64,000 nt of DNA, from NCBI GenBank assembly GCA_963727185.1, contig CAVSFP010000009.1, forward strand, positions 221,702-285,701. The letters are read 5' to 3'. The stretch is from an uncultured Actinomycetes bacterium (lineage in GTDB: Bacteria > Actinomycetota > UBA4738 > HRBIN12). The notes under the pieces were generated by a model, which saw nothing but the letters and a program-made list of their open reading frames with translations, was not told where the DNA came from and made no database searches. Below are positions 9,462 through 18,775 of the stretch, in pieces; the first letter of the stretch is position 1, and each line of letters opens with the position of its first letter. The translations under genes were made by a program, and so were the position numbers.

Positions 9462-11337
9462 TCACCGACGGCTCAGAGTTCGACCGCGACGCCCGAGTTC
9501 GAGCGTCTGTCCGGCGGGCAGTTTGAAGTAGCTCGCCGCGCTGGTCGCGTTGCGGGACATGAACGCGAACAGGTGCTCGCGCCACCGCGCCATGCCGGGG
9601 CGCTTCGTCACTCGCAGCGGATTCTCGTCCGACGAAGTAGCTGACGCTTCGTGAGGTCGGTGCCGAGTCTCGTGCACCCGGTCGGCCAGCGCGCGGGGCA
9701 CGTCGGGATCCTCCATGAACCCGTAGTGCAAGGACGATCTCGTGGAAGCCGTACCGAGGTCGATGATCGTCGGCACGCTTGAGCAGGCAACACGCGGGTC
9801 GTTTCTCCGGACGAACGGACATCACCAGGATCTGGTCGTGGAGCGCGTCCGTGTGGCGCAGGTTCGCGAGCAGTGCCGGCGGGGTGACACCGGCGGTCGC
9901 GAACAGGTAGGCACCCGCTTCCCGGCGTAATCGCACGGGCGGGTGCTGCGAGTAGGCTGTCGATGAACGAGGCAGCGGCACCCCGCCGTGCAGCAGCCGT
10001 TCGTGGATGAGACGACGCCCGGTACGCCACGTCGTCAGGATGCTGAACACGACGACGCCCACGACCAGCGGGAACCAGCCGCCGTCGGGGATCTTGAACA
10101 ACGTCGCGCCGAAGAATGCGAGGTCGATGACGAAGAAGATCGACGCAGAGCGGCACGATGAACCACGTGTTCCATCCGAACGGCGTTCCCGGCACACGAC
10201 GAGAACAGGACGCGTCGTCAGCACCATGGTCGTCGTGACCGCGACACCGTAGGCGGCCGCCAGGTTCGCCGAGTGGCGGAATCCGAGGACGAGCCCGATG
10301 CAGGCCAGCATGAGGACCCAGTTGATCGACGAGATGTAGATCTGGCCGATCTGGGATCGCGACGTGTGCCGGATCTGGACCCGTGGCGCTGTAGCCGAGC
10401 TTGGACGGACTGACTCGGTGAGCGAGAACGCACCCGAGATCAAGGCCTGCGATGCGATGACCGTGGCCATCGTGGCCAAGACCGACGAGCGGATACGAGC
10501 GCCCAGTGCGGGCCATGCGGAAGAACGGGTTCTGCGACGGCGGTCGGCTCGCGGAGCAACAGCGCACCCTGTCCGAAATACACGAGGACGAGGCTCGGCA
10601 AGGACCGACCGCGTACCACCCGATGAGGATCGGCTTGCGGCCGAAGTGGCCCAGATCCGCATACATCGCCTCGCCGCCCACCACGACCAGGATCACTGCG
10701 CCCAGCACGAGGAACCCGGTGAACCCGTTTCGGCGAAGAACGAGACCGCGTAGTCAGGGAAGACCGCTCGCAGCACGTCCGGGTGCCTGGACGATCTGCG
10801 CCGCTCCGAGAACACCGATGGTGATGAACCACACGATCATCACCGGGCCGAACACCCGTGCCGATGCGTCCGGTGCCCGTGACTGAACGACGAACAGACC
10901 GATCAGGATGAGCACGCCGGCGGCACGACGAGATGGTGAAGGCTCGGAGCGGCGACCGACATCCCCTCGACCGCGGCCAGGACGGAGATCGCCGGCGTGA
11001 TCATGCCGTCGCCGTAGAGCAACGCGGCACCGAACAGACCGATCGAGCACGAAGACCCACCGGCGGCCTCGGTCGACGGCGACGTTGCCGATGGCCAGCG
11101 CTGACAGGGCGACGATCCCGCCCTCGCCGTCGTTGTCGGCGCGCATCACGAACGTCAGGTACTTCAGCGTGATGACGAGGATCAACGCCCAGAACATCAA
11201 CGACAGCAGACCGAGGACGTTCGCTTCGACTGATCCCGACGTGGTGCGGGCGCCTCGAAGGCCTCGCGCATCGCGAAGAGCGGATTCGTACCGATGTCGC
11301 CGAAGACCACACCCAAGCGCTCCGACGCGAGCACCAT
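9462..11337 (-). pseudogene. kup: KUP/HAK/KT potassium transporter, multiply frameshifted
   Basis: Kup hallmark peptides are spread over all three minus frames:
- LGVVFGDIGTNPLFAMREAFE (ORF 11197.. tail)
- [36 protein letters not shown] (10754..11200)
- [17 protein letters not shown] (9608..10708)
- [16 protein letters not shown]...[20 protein letters not shown]...[12 protein letters not shown] and [24 protein letters not shown] (8758..10662)
- [14 protein letters not shown]...MARWREHLFAFMSRNATSAASYFKLPAGQTLELG (9462..9776)
At least six frame changes are needed to join them. Confidence 0.85.
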
Positions 11338-11435
11338 CGTCCGGAGGTCCTTCACCGCGGGCTCCGCTCCCTCGGCGGAACGATCCCGGTCCGGTGAGCC
11401 GTTGCCCCGATCGCCCATGTCGGCTGCAGTGTGGA

Positions 11436-13610
11436 CTATCCGACCGGGACCGGCTCCTCCAGCTCTTCGGGATCCGAGGCGGTCTCCAGGCTCATCTTCG
11501 GCAGGATCCGATCGAGCCAGCCGGGGAGCCACCAGTTCGCGTCGCCGAGGAGCACCATGGTGGCCGGCACGAGGATGATCCGGACGACCGTCGCGTCGAT
11601 GAACACCGCGACCGCCAGGCCGATGCCGAACATCTTCGCGACCGGGTCCGGCTGGCTCACGAAGCTCAGGAACACCGCGATCATGATGAGCGCGGCGCTC
11701 GTGATCACGCGAGCCGTCGTGGAGATGCCGCTGACCACGCTCTCGACGTTGTTCCCGGTCTTCAGGTACTCCTCGCGGATGCGCGAGAGCAGGAAGACCT
11801 CGTAGTCCATCGAGAGCCCGAACAGGACGGCGAACATCATCATCGGCACGAAGCTGACGATCGGGATCAGCTGGTCGATGCCGAGCAGGCTGCGTCCCCA
11901 ACCCCACTGGAAGATCATCACGATCACGCCGTAGGCGGCGCCGATCGACAACAGGTTGAGCACCGCCGCCTTGAGCGGCACCAGGATCGAGCGGAACACG
12001 ACCATCAGCAACAGGAACGACAGCAGCACGACCGCGCCGATGAACCACGGCAACGCGTTCGTGATGCGGTCGGACAGGTCGATGAACGTCGCCGTGCCTC
12101 CGCCGACGTGGACCACCGCACCCGCGGGCGTAGCTCCCGGGATCACGTCGTCGCGCAGGCGCCGCACCAGCTCGGTCGTCGCCTGATCCTGCGGCGATGT
12201 GGTGGGGATGACCTGGATGATCGCGGCGTCGCCGGCCTTGTTCGGCTGCGGCGGCGAGACGGCTGCCACGCCCGGGGTCGCGGCGATCGCCGTCGTCAGC
12301 TGATCGAGCTGCTGGAACGCGGCCGGGTTGTCGAGCTCGACCGCCAGCAGCAGCGGGCCGTTGAACCCCGGTCCGAACCCCTCGGAGAGGAGGTCGTACG
12401 CCAGACGACGCGTCTCCGATTTCGGCGCCGTGCCGTCGTCGGGGAACCCGAGCTTCATGGAGAACAGCGGGATGGCCAGGAGCACCAACACCATGGCCGC
12501 CCCGATGAAGTACCGCCAGGGATGACGCTCCACCTCGTGGCCCCACCGGGACCACATGGTCTCCTTGCCTTCCAACTCGCCTTCGGTCGTGCGGCGTCGG
12601 TGGACGCTCAGCTTGTCGATCGCGTTGCCCGCGAAGCCGAGGAACGCGGGCAGCAGCGTGACGGCCGCGACGACGGCCACCAGGACGACGATCGCCGCGG
12701 CGGTCGCCATCATGCCGACGAACGCGATCCCGGAGATCCACAAGCCCAGGAGGGCGATCGAGACCATGATCCCGGAGAACACCACGGCCTGGCCCGCCGT
12801 GGCGCTCGAGAGGCCGATCGCGTGCAACGGCTCCATGCCGGCGTGCAGGTTCTGCCGGTAGCGCGTGACGATGAACAAGGCGTAGTCGATCCCGACGCCC
12901 AGGCCGATCATCGACGACAGGATCGTGGCGAACTGCGGCACGCTCGCGAACGACGCCAGGATGATGGTGAGGCCGGTCCCGGTGGTCAGGCCGATCACGG
13001 CGGTCCCGATCGGCAGGCCCATCGCGACCACGGAGCCGAACGCGATCAGCAGGATGATCATCGCGGCCAGCAGGCCGATCGCCTCGGACTTCCCTGTGTT
13101 GGGCTGTGCGCCCCACGACGCGTACTCGCCGCCGATCTCCACGTCCAGTGCGGGGGATCGGGCATCGCCCACGACCGCCTGGAGCCGATCGAACGGCACG
13201 GTTCCCAGATCGACGGCCGTCTGGTCGTAGGCCACCTGCGCGTATCCGATCGTGCCGTCGGCGGACAGCGCGCCGGGGGTCTGGAACGGGTCCGTGACCG
13301 CGACGACGTGAGGCTGACCCTTTATGGCGTCCAATGTGGCGTTCACGGCGTCGGCCTGCTCCTGGAGCGGCCCGCCGGTCGCGTGGAAGACGATGTACGC
13401 CGAGGTGCCGGAGGCGGCCGGGTAGCGCTGAGCCAGCAGGTCGTAGGCGCGCTGCGACTCGGAGTTCGGCAGCTTGAAGTTGTCGCTGAACTTGCCGCCC
13501 AGCGCGCTTCCCACGACGAAGATCGCGACCACGGCGGCGATCCAGATCCCGAGGGTGCGCCAACGGTGCCGCGCCGCAGCTTGCCCGAGCCGATAGAGGA
13601 ACGAACTCAA
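11436..13610 (-). CDS. MMPL-family (RND superfamily) membrane transporter
   Basis: 724 aa. The N-terminus MSSFLYRLGQAAARHRWRTLGIWIAAVVAIFVVG is followed by two 6-TM bundles separated by periplasmic-type domains, typical MmpL architecture. The 872-aa plus-strand and 816-aa minus-strand ORFs across it are shadows. Confidence 0.9.
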   Translation of the reverse strand: MSSFLYRLGQAAARHRWRTLGIWIAAVVAIFVVGSALGGKFSDNFKLPNSESQRAYDLLAQRYPAASGTSAYIVFHATGGPLQEQADAVNATLDAIKGQPHVVAVTDPFQTPGALSADGTIGYAQVAYDQTAVDLGTVPFDRLQAVVGDARSPALDVEIGGEYASWGAQPNTGKSEAIGLLAAMIILLIAFGSVVAMGLPIGTAVIGLTTGTGLTIILASFASVPQFATILSSMIGLGVGIDYALFIVTRYRQNLHAGMEPLHAIGLSSATAGQAVVFSGIMVSIALLGLWISGIAFVGMMATAAAIVVLVAVVAAVTLLPAFLGFAGNAIDKLSVHRRRTTEGELEGKETMWSRWGHEVERHPWRYFIGAAMVLVLLAIPLFSMKLGFPDDGTAPKSETRRLAYDLLSEGFGPGFNGPLLLAVELDNPAAFQQLDQLTTAIAATPGVAAVSPPQPNKAGDAAIIQVIPTTSPQDQATTELVRRLRDDVIPGATPAGAVVHVGGGTATFIDLSDRITNALPWFIGAVVLLSFLLLMVVFRSILVPLKAAVLNLLSIGAAYGVIVMIFQWGWGRSLLGIDQLIPIVSFVPMMMFAVLFGLSMDYEVFLLSRIREEYLKTGNNVESVVSGISTTARVITSAALIMIAVFLSFVSQPDPVAKMFGIGLAVAVFIDATVVRIILVPATMVLLGDANWWLPGWLDRILPKMSLETASDPEELEEPVPVG

Positions 13611-13699
13611 GGGATGAACCTTTCGTCGGGAGCGTGGGGACGCTCAACAGCGTACGTGAAGAGAAGACGGGTACGGACGACGCTCTCGTCGGGCGGCTG

Positions 13700-14080
13700 C
13701 TAGGGGGTCAGAACAGCGAGTCCGAGCGCGGACGCTGCTTGGGATTGCCGTATGTCGTATGTGATCATGGTGCGGACGTCAGGTCGAAGAGAGATCGCGG
13801 TAGCCAGGTGGATCGCATCGAGCGTCCGAAGCTCTTTCGGCCCGAGGGTCGCGGCCTCGCGGAGGATGCCTTCGTCGATGGGGACCAGGGCGATGCCGTC
13901 GAGGATCCGCTCGGCACGTGCCGTCGACCGACCGGCTCGACGGGTCGCGATCACGACCTCGGTCCACGCGATATGGCTCGAGACGACCACGGGATCCTCG
14001 CGGAGAGCCTCGACCAGTCGGGCCGTCTCCGGCTCGCGCACGACGAGCTTCACGATCGCGGAGGAGTCCAGGTAGTGCAC
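13700..14080 (-). CDS. vapC: PIN-domain ribonuclease toxin (VapC-like)
   Basis: 126 aa: MHYLDSSAIVKLVVREPE...TLDAIHLATAI... The acidic residues are at PIN positions. It lies 3 nt downstream of a small antitoxin-like gene. Confidence 0.85.
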   Translation of the reverse strand: MHYLDSSAIVKLVVREPETARLVEALREDPVVVSSHIAWTEVVIATRRAGRSTARAERILDGIALVPIDEGILREAATLGPKELRTLDAIHLATAISLRPDVRTMITYDIRQSQAASALGLAVLTP

Positions 14081-14083
14081 GAC

Positions 14084-14362
14084 CTAGATGCGATCCTCGC
14101 GGCCCTCGTCCAGGGCCCGGCTCACGTCGCGTGTGGACGTTCCCTTCGGTGGGAGCAGCGTGAGGAGGTCGCCGCGCGGCGCCATCACCCGACCGGATGC
14201 GACCAGCCGATCGAGCGCGTTCAGCGGGACAGGGAGCGGAGCCAGCACCGCGACCGGCCGCCCATGCTCGGTGACCTCGAGCCGCTCACCCCGCTTGATC
14301 CGGTCGAGGTACTTGCTGAGGTTCTGCCTCAACTCCCGAACACCCACCTGTCGGTCATCCAT
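14084..14362 (-). CDS. type II antitoxin (Phd/YefM-like)
   Basis: Internal ATG of ORF 14084..14407 gives MDDRQVGVRELRQNLSKYLDRIKRGERLEVTEHGRPVAVLAP, a typical Phd/YefM N-terminal fold signature. Confidence 0.75.
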   Translation of the reverse strand: MDDRQVGVRELRQNLSKYLDRIKRGERLEVTEHGRPVAVLAPLPVPLNALDRLVASGRVMAPRGDLLTLLPPKGTSTRDVSRALDEGREDRI

Positions 14363-14396
14363 GTAGCACACGGTAGCACAAGTGGCTCGAACATCT

Positions 14397-14864
14397 CTAG
14401 GGTCCACCGGATGAGCCGACGACGCGGGTCCGCAGCCCGGGAAGACCCTCGAAGCCTCGTTCGTCCGCGGTCACGAGGACGCGCGCAGAGCTCACCGCCG
14501 TCGCAGCGATGATCAGATCATGGGCGCCTCGAGGTCGCCCCCCTCGCCGGGTCGCAGCGAGCAGTGCAGCGTGGGCGCGTGCGGTGTCCGCGGTGTAGTC
14601 CTCGACGGTGAGCACCTCAAGCGCTCCGTCGACGAACGCGGCCCGACGCGACCGGTGGCGGGCGGTCGCGAGCTCCACCCCCACCAGGAGCTCCGCGATC
14701 GTGATCGCCGCGACCGCCACGTCGTCCTCGTCGCCGATCACCGCGTCGAGCCGGGCGCGGCTGCGCTCCGCCGCGATCAGGACCGTGGTGTCCAGGATCA
14801 GTCGGTCCAGGTGCGCTCCTCGGCGACCGACGCGGCTCGCAGCGCGGTCAGCTCGCCGCTCCAC
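14397..14864 (-). CDS. vapC: PIN-domain toxin (VapC-like); start uncertain
   Basis: LILDTTVLIAAERS...AITIAELLVG...AHDLIIAATAVSSARVLVTADERGF matches the PIN pattern. The true start is probably near 14,800, overlapping the upstream antitoxin stop at 14798. No ATG or GTG lies there, so the ORF-track maximum is given. Confidence 0.7.
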   Translation of the reverse strand: MERRADRAASRVGRRGAHLDRLILDTTVLIAAERSRARLDAVIGDEDDVAVAAITIAELLVGVELATARHRSRRAAFVDGALEVLTVEDYTADTARAHAALLAATRRGGRPRGAHDLIIAATAVSSARVLVTADERGFEGLPGLRTRVVGSSGGP

Positions 14865-15058
14865 CCGGCATCCACGCGGTGGCTCGACAGGAACGCCTTC
14901 ACCACCCGGCCCGGAGCCGCGACGACGGGCTGCAGGTGCGCGACGGGATGCCCACGTCGAACGATCGCGAACGATTCGCCGCGGTGCTCCACGGCATCCA
15001 ACACGTCAGAGAACCGGCGGGCGGCATCCGTCGCCGAGATGTCCTTCATGAGAATCAT
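14798..15058 (-). CDS. type II antitoxin (Phd/YefM-like)
   Basis: MILMKDISATDAARRFSDVLDAVEHRGESFAIVRRGHPVAHLQP. It overlaps the start region of the downstream PIN gene. Confidence 0.7.
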   Translation of the reverse strand: MILMKDISATDAARRFSDVLDAVEHRGESFAIVRRGHPVAHLQPVVAAPGRVVKAFLSSHRVDAGWSGELTALRAASVAEERTWTD

Positions 15059-15176
15059 ATTATCAGAGTTACTGTGTGGTCCGGCCATGCGAAGGACGGT
15101 AGGACCGCGTCGACGGCGGCACCGTGACCCACGTCACTGCTCCATGTCGGAGCGGGAACGGGTGGAACCCGAGCGC

Positions 15177-15935
15177 TCAGACGTCTCGGTGACGCTCGAA
15201 CCAGACGGCGGCCGCCCAGCCCAGCACGACGTAGGCGACCATCAGCAACCCGGCCTCGGGACGAGCGAACAGACGATCGCTCGCCTGCGACGAGAACGCG
15301 CCCGCCGCGCCGCCGAACGGGAGCCATTTCGCGGTCACCGGGATCAGGCTGCTCACGATGGACTCCACCACGAGCACCCACACGAGCAACCCGACGATCG
15401 CGGCCACCTGGTTGCGGAGCACCGCGCCGACCGCGACCCCCATCACGGCGCCGAACAGGGACTGCAGCCCGATCTGGAGGATCTCGAGGGGGATCGTGCC
15501 GTCGAGCGGCACGCTGTGGCCCTTCGCCGCGAACCAGACGAGGGCGACCAGGATCGGCACTGACCCGCCGACCAACCCGAACAGCGCGCCGATCGGGACG
15601 GCCGCGAGCATCTTGGCGGTGACGACCCGCGCTCGTCGCGGCGTCGCCAGGTACGTGATGCCCGCGGTGCCGTAGCGGTACTCAGACGTGGTCATCGTCA
15701 CGCCGAGGACGAGCGCCAGCGTCGCGGCGATCCCGCCGATGTCGAGCAACGTCCGAACGTCGGCGACCGTCTTCAGGTCGTGCAGGGCCCGAGCATCAGG
15801 GGAATCGGGACCCGGGGTGGAGGCCAGGACCGCGACGATGATCAACGCCACCACCGCGACGGCCACGCCGAGCAGCACCATCCACAGGCGCGTCGTTCGG
15901 AGCTTCAGCAGCTCCACGCGGACGAGACGGATCAC
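15177..15935 (-). CDS. ABC-2 type exporter permease
   Basis: GTG at 15935 (aa 147 of ORF 15177..16373) overlaps the ATPase stop (GTGA). The product reads VIRLVRVELLKLRTTRLWMVLLGVAVAVVALIIV... and has six TM segments. Confidence 0.8.
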   Translation of the reverse strand: MIRLVRVELLKLRTTRLWMVLLGVAVAVVALIIVAVLASTPGPDSPDARALHDLKTVADVRTLLDIGGIAATLALVLGVTMTTSEYRYGTAGITYLATPRRARVVTAKMLAAVPIGALFGLVGGSVPILVALVWFAAKGHSVPLDGTIPLEILQIGLQSLFGAVMGVAVGAVLRNQVAAIVGLLVWVLVVESIVSSLIPVTAKWLPFGGAAGAFSSQASDRLFARPEAGLLMVAYVVLGWAAAVWFERHRDV

Positions 15936-16879
15936 GGCAGGTCGCTCCGGGGGGGCGCCTCCGGGAGCTCCGGCGGAGCGCCGGGGTCGCCCTGCGGCTC
16001 GGTGAGGGAGAGGAAGGCCTGCTCCAGCGTGTGGACGCGCGTCCGGAGCTCGTGCAGGATCAGGCCGTCCCGCGCGGCCAGCTCGCCGACGCGCTCGATC
16101 GGGAGGCCGCTCACCTCCAGTGCACTCTCGGCGTCGGTGACGGTCGCGCCGTCGGCTTCCAACGCCGACCGCAGCCGGGCCGCGTCCGGCGAGCGCACGA
16201 TCACGACCGAACCCTGGGCCGTGAGGTCCTCCGTGGGACCCTCGTGCACCATGCGTCCGTGGTCGATCACCACGACGCGATCGGCCACCTCGGCCACCTC
16301 GGAGAGGATGTGGCTCGAGATCAGGACCGCGCCGCCGTTCGACGCGAACGATCGCAGGAAGCTGCGCAACCACGCGACGCCCGCGGGGTCCAGCCCGTTC
16401 GCGGGCTCGTCCAGGACCAGGACCTCCGGTTCGCCCAGCAGCGCCGCCGAGAGCGCGAGCCGCTGCTTCATCCCCAACGAGAACTTGCCCACGCGCCCGG
16501 ACGCGTACGTCGTCATGCCGGTGGCCTCGAGCACGCGGTCGACCCCACCCGCGCCGAGCCCGCCCTGCATCGCGACGACCCGCAGGTGGTTGCGCGCCGT
16601 CCGGCCGGGGTGGAAGCCGGTGAGCTCCAGGGAGGCTCCGACGCGTCCGAGCGGTCGTTCGAGCGCGACGTAGGGCGATCCCAACACGAACGTCTCGCCC
16701 TGGGTCGCCGCGGCGAGCCCCAGAAGGACCCGCATGGTCGTGGTCTTGCCGGCCCCGTTCGGCCCCAGGAACCCCGTGACCGATCCGTGCGGGACCGCGA
16801 AGCTCAGGTCCTGGACGGCCACGGTGTCGCCGTAGCGCTTCGTCAGCGAGCGGATCTCGAGTGCCGGGCGATCGTCCAT
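15932..16879 (-). CDS. ABC transporter ATP-binding protein (ABC-2/DrrA-like)
   Basis: Walker A GPNGAGKTT, signature FSLGMKQRLALSAALL and Walker B VLVLDEPANGLD are present. Confidence 0.9.
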   Translation of the reverse strand: MDDRPALEIRSLTKRYGDTVAVQDLSFAVPHGSVTGFLGPNGAGKTTTMRVLLGLAAATQGETFVLGSPYVALERPLGRVGASLELTGFHPGRTARNHLRVVAMQGGLGAGGVDRVLEATGMTTYASGRVGKFSLGMKQRLALSAALLGEPEVLVLDEPANGLDPAGVAWLRSFLRSFASNGGAVLISSHILSEVAEVADRVVVIDHGRMVHEGPTEDLTAQGSVVIVRSPDAARLRSALEADGATVTDAESALEVSGLPIERVGELAARDGLILHELRTRVHTLEQAFLSLTEPQGDPGAPPELPEAPPRSDLP

Positions 16880-17027
16880 CGGTCGCCAGCCTATCGACGG
16901 TGGGGATCAGGCGCCGCGAGAGGTCCTCAAGCGTTCGGGACGAAGGCCTCTCTCGTCGCCTCGGGCTCGGGCATCACGATCGGAGCCAAAGGCGACGTCC
17001 GGGGTTCCGGCTGCGCCGGTCCCCGGC

Positions 17028-17810
17028 ATGACGGAAGGGGGAACCGTGTCACAGCAAGTGACTGCCTCGGTGAAACCCGTGATCGCGCCTGAAGTCCAGG
17101 GGGAGCGAGACATCCCACGGAACCGGCTTCAGCGGATGCGCTCAGACAGGAAGGTTTCGACCCTCGTGGGGGTGCTCTTCATCGCCGGCGACATCGCCGG
17201 TGTGTTGAGCATCGCGGTGATGAACAAGATCTTCGACGGCCCGGGCGTTCTGGGAAACATCGCCACGAACCACGACAGGCTCGTGGCGGGAGCGCTACTC
17301 GTGATGGTCATGGGGTTCGCGCTCGCGATGATCCCGATCCTGTTGTATCCGATATTCCGCAGGTACGACGAAGCCTTGGCGCTCGCGTGTGTCATGTTCC
17401 GCGGCGCGATCGAGACCGTGATGTATCTCGCGACCGCGATCGTGCTACTCACGATCGCGGAACTCGGTCAGGAGAACGCGAACGGGGGTTCCATCGTCGG
17501 CGCTGGCCAACGAACGCTCGCCACGCTGCTGACGGCGGTCCGGGGTTCGATCACGGCGAACGTCACGGCCATCGTCTTCAGCATCGGAGCCGCGATCTTC
17601 TACTACCTCTTCTATCGATCGAGGCTCATCCCCCGGTGGCTCTCGGTCTGGGGGCTCGTTGGGGCCGCCCTGTACCTGGCGGCACCCGTCCTCGAGCTGT
17701 TCGGCTCCCCGCTCGGAGCGCTCATGGCTCCGCTCGCGGTGCAGGAACTGGTCCTCGCCGTCTGGCTGATCGCTAGGGGGATGGATTCACCGCTCGCATC
17801 GGGTGGATGA
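17028..17810 (+). CDS. DUF4386-like membrane protein
   Basis: The RKVSTLVGVLFIAGDIAGVLS start pattern and TM layout are typical of DUF4386. An alternative start is ATG 17136 (MRSDRKV...). A paralogue lies at 41077..41766. Confidence 0.65.
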   Translation: MTEGGTVSQQVTASVKPVIAPEVQGERDIPRNRLQRMRSDRKVSTLVGVLFIAGDIAGVLSIAVMNKIFDGPGVLGNIATNHDRLVAGALLVMVMGFALAMIPILLYPIFRRYDEALALACVMFRGAIETVMYLATAIVLLTIAELGQENANGGSIVGAGQRTLATLLTAVRGSITANVTAIVFSIGAAIFYYLFYRSRLIPRWLSVWGLVGAALYLAAPVLELFGSPLGALMAPLAVQELVLAVWLIARGMDSPLASGG

Positions 17811-18177
17811 GATGCCAACGACGACGAAGGTGTCACCCCCGAAGCTGTCACCGGCCCCGGTCCGCCCGGGCGAAGGGCGCAGCGCGTTAGGTCCGGCCGT
17901 CCTATCGCTCGCGAGCGGCGTTTCCTGGTGGCTCTGCCTCCTGGCCGCGCACGTGAGGGGCTTCGATAGCCCTGGCTTCATGAGCGGGATCGGGCTCTAC
18001 TTCCTGCCGCTCGCCGCGATCATGCTCGCGATGACAGCCATCGACCGATCGCGGTCGGTCCCGAAGGCTGGGCGTGATCGTCGGTGGAAGCTTGCCTCGG
18101 CTGCCGCGATCCTCGGCCTGGTGTTGGGTGGCCTCGGACCGCTGGTCCTGATCATGCTCATCGTGACTCAGGATTAG
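17803..18177 (+). CDS. hypothetical membrane protein (124 aa, about 3 TM)
   Basis: It overlaps the upstream stop by 8 nt and has hydrophobic helices (LASGVSWWLCLLAAHV, IGLYFLPLAAIMLAMTAI, AAAILGLVLGGLGPLVLIMLIV). Confidence 0.45.
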   Translation: MDEMPTTTKVSPPKLSPAPVRPGEGRSALGPAVLSLASGVSWWLCLLAAHVRGFDSPGFMSGIGLYFLPLAAIMLAMTAIDRSRSVPKAGRDRRWKLASAAAILGLVLGGLGPLVLIMLIVTQD

Positions 18178-18301
18178 CGGGGCGCAAGTCATCGTTCCCA
18201 GATCCTCGGGCAGGGACAGAAGTCTCTGCGAGCGCGGGTCATCGCTGCTAGGTTGCAGCATGAGGCGGAAACCGAGGCCTCGCCGGAGAAAGGGGACGTT
18301 G

Positions 18302-18757
18302 ATGAGGCACTCGAGTCGGTTCACCTCCTGGATCGGTCGGGTGAGCGTCCTGGCTCTCGTTGCCGTGCTGGCCACCGCGGCGACGGCCCTCGCCGCGAAC
18401 CCGGTCAACGGAGCCAAGTACAGCGGCCAGATCAACGCCGATAGCGGCCTCGCGATCAGCTTCAAGGTCTCCTCCAACGGCAAGGACGTCCTCAAGATGA
18501 AGGTTCCCCAACCGCCGATCTTCTGCCAGGGAGGCGGACCGCCGCCGCCACAGAAGCCGGCGAAGCCGGCTCCGATCTCGAGCACGGGGACCTTCAAGGA
18601 GACGCTCCAGTACGTGTCCAGCACCGGTTCCGTCATCGCAACCTTGAAGGTGACCGGCGCGTTTCACGCTCAACGCAAGGAGAGCGGCAAGGTGAAGGTG
18701 ACCTGGTCGGCCGCGTCGTGCAACGGGTCCGCTCCGTACTCGACGGAGGCAACCTGA
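18302..18757 (+). CDS. secreted hypothetical protein
   Basis: ATG 18302 gives MRHSSRFTSWIGRVSVLALVAVLATAATALAANP, which has signal-peptide features. The mature part is beta-rich and contains two Cys. Confidence 0.5.
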   Translation: MRHSSRFTSWIGRVSVLALVAVLATAATALAANPVNGAKYSGQINADSGLAISFKVSSNGKDVLKMKVPQPPIFCQGGGPPPPQKPAKPAPISSTGTFKETLQYVSSTGSVIATLKVTGAFHAQRKESGKVKVTWSAASCNGSAPYSTEAT

Positions 18758-18775
18758 TCGGTCGAGATCCAGGTG

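Noticed and set aside
8758-10662. A 634-aa ORF that might be read as a single large gene.
   Set aside because: It is a concatenation. The 3' third is a separate hypothetical gene starting at 9459. The rest is one of the three frames of the frameshifted kup pseudogene.
11085-13703. An 872-aa plus-strand ORF and an 816-aa minus-strand ORF (11197..13647) overlap the MmpL gene.
   Set aside because: Both have extremely Arg/Asp/Gly/Pro-rich, low-complexity translations with no motifs. These are typical stop-poor shadow frames of a high-GC gene. Only the frame 11436..13610 gives a membrane-protein sequence.
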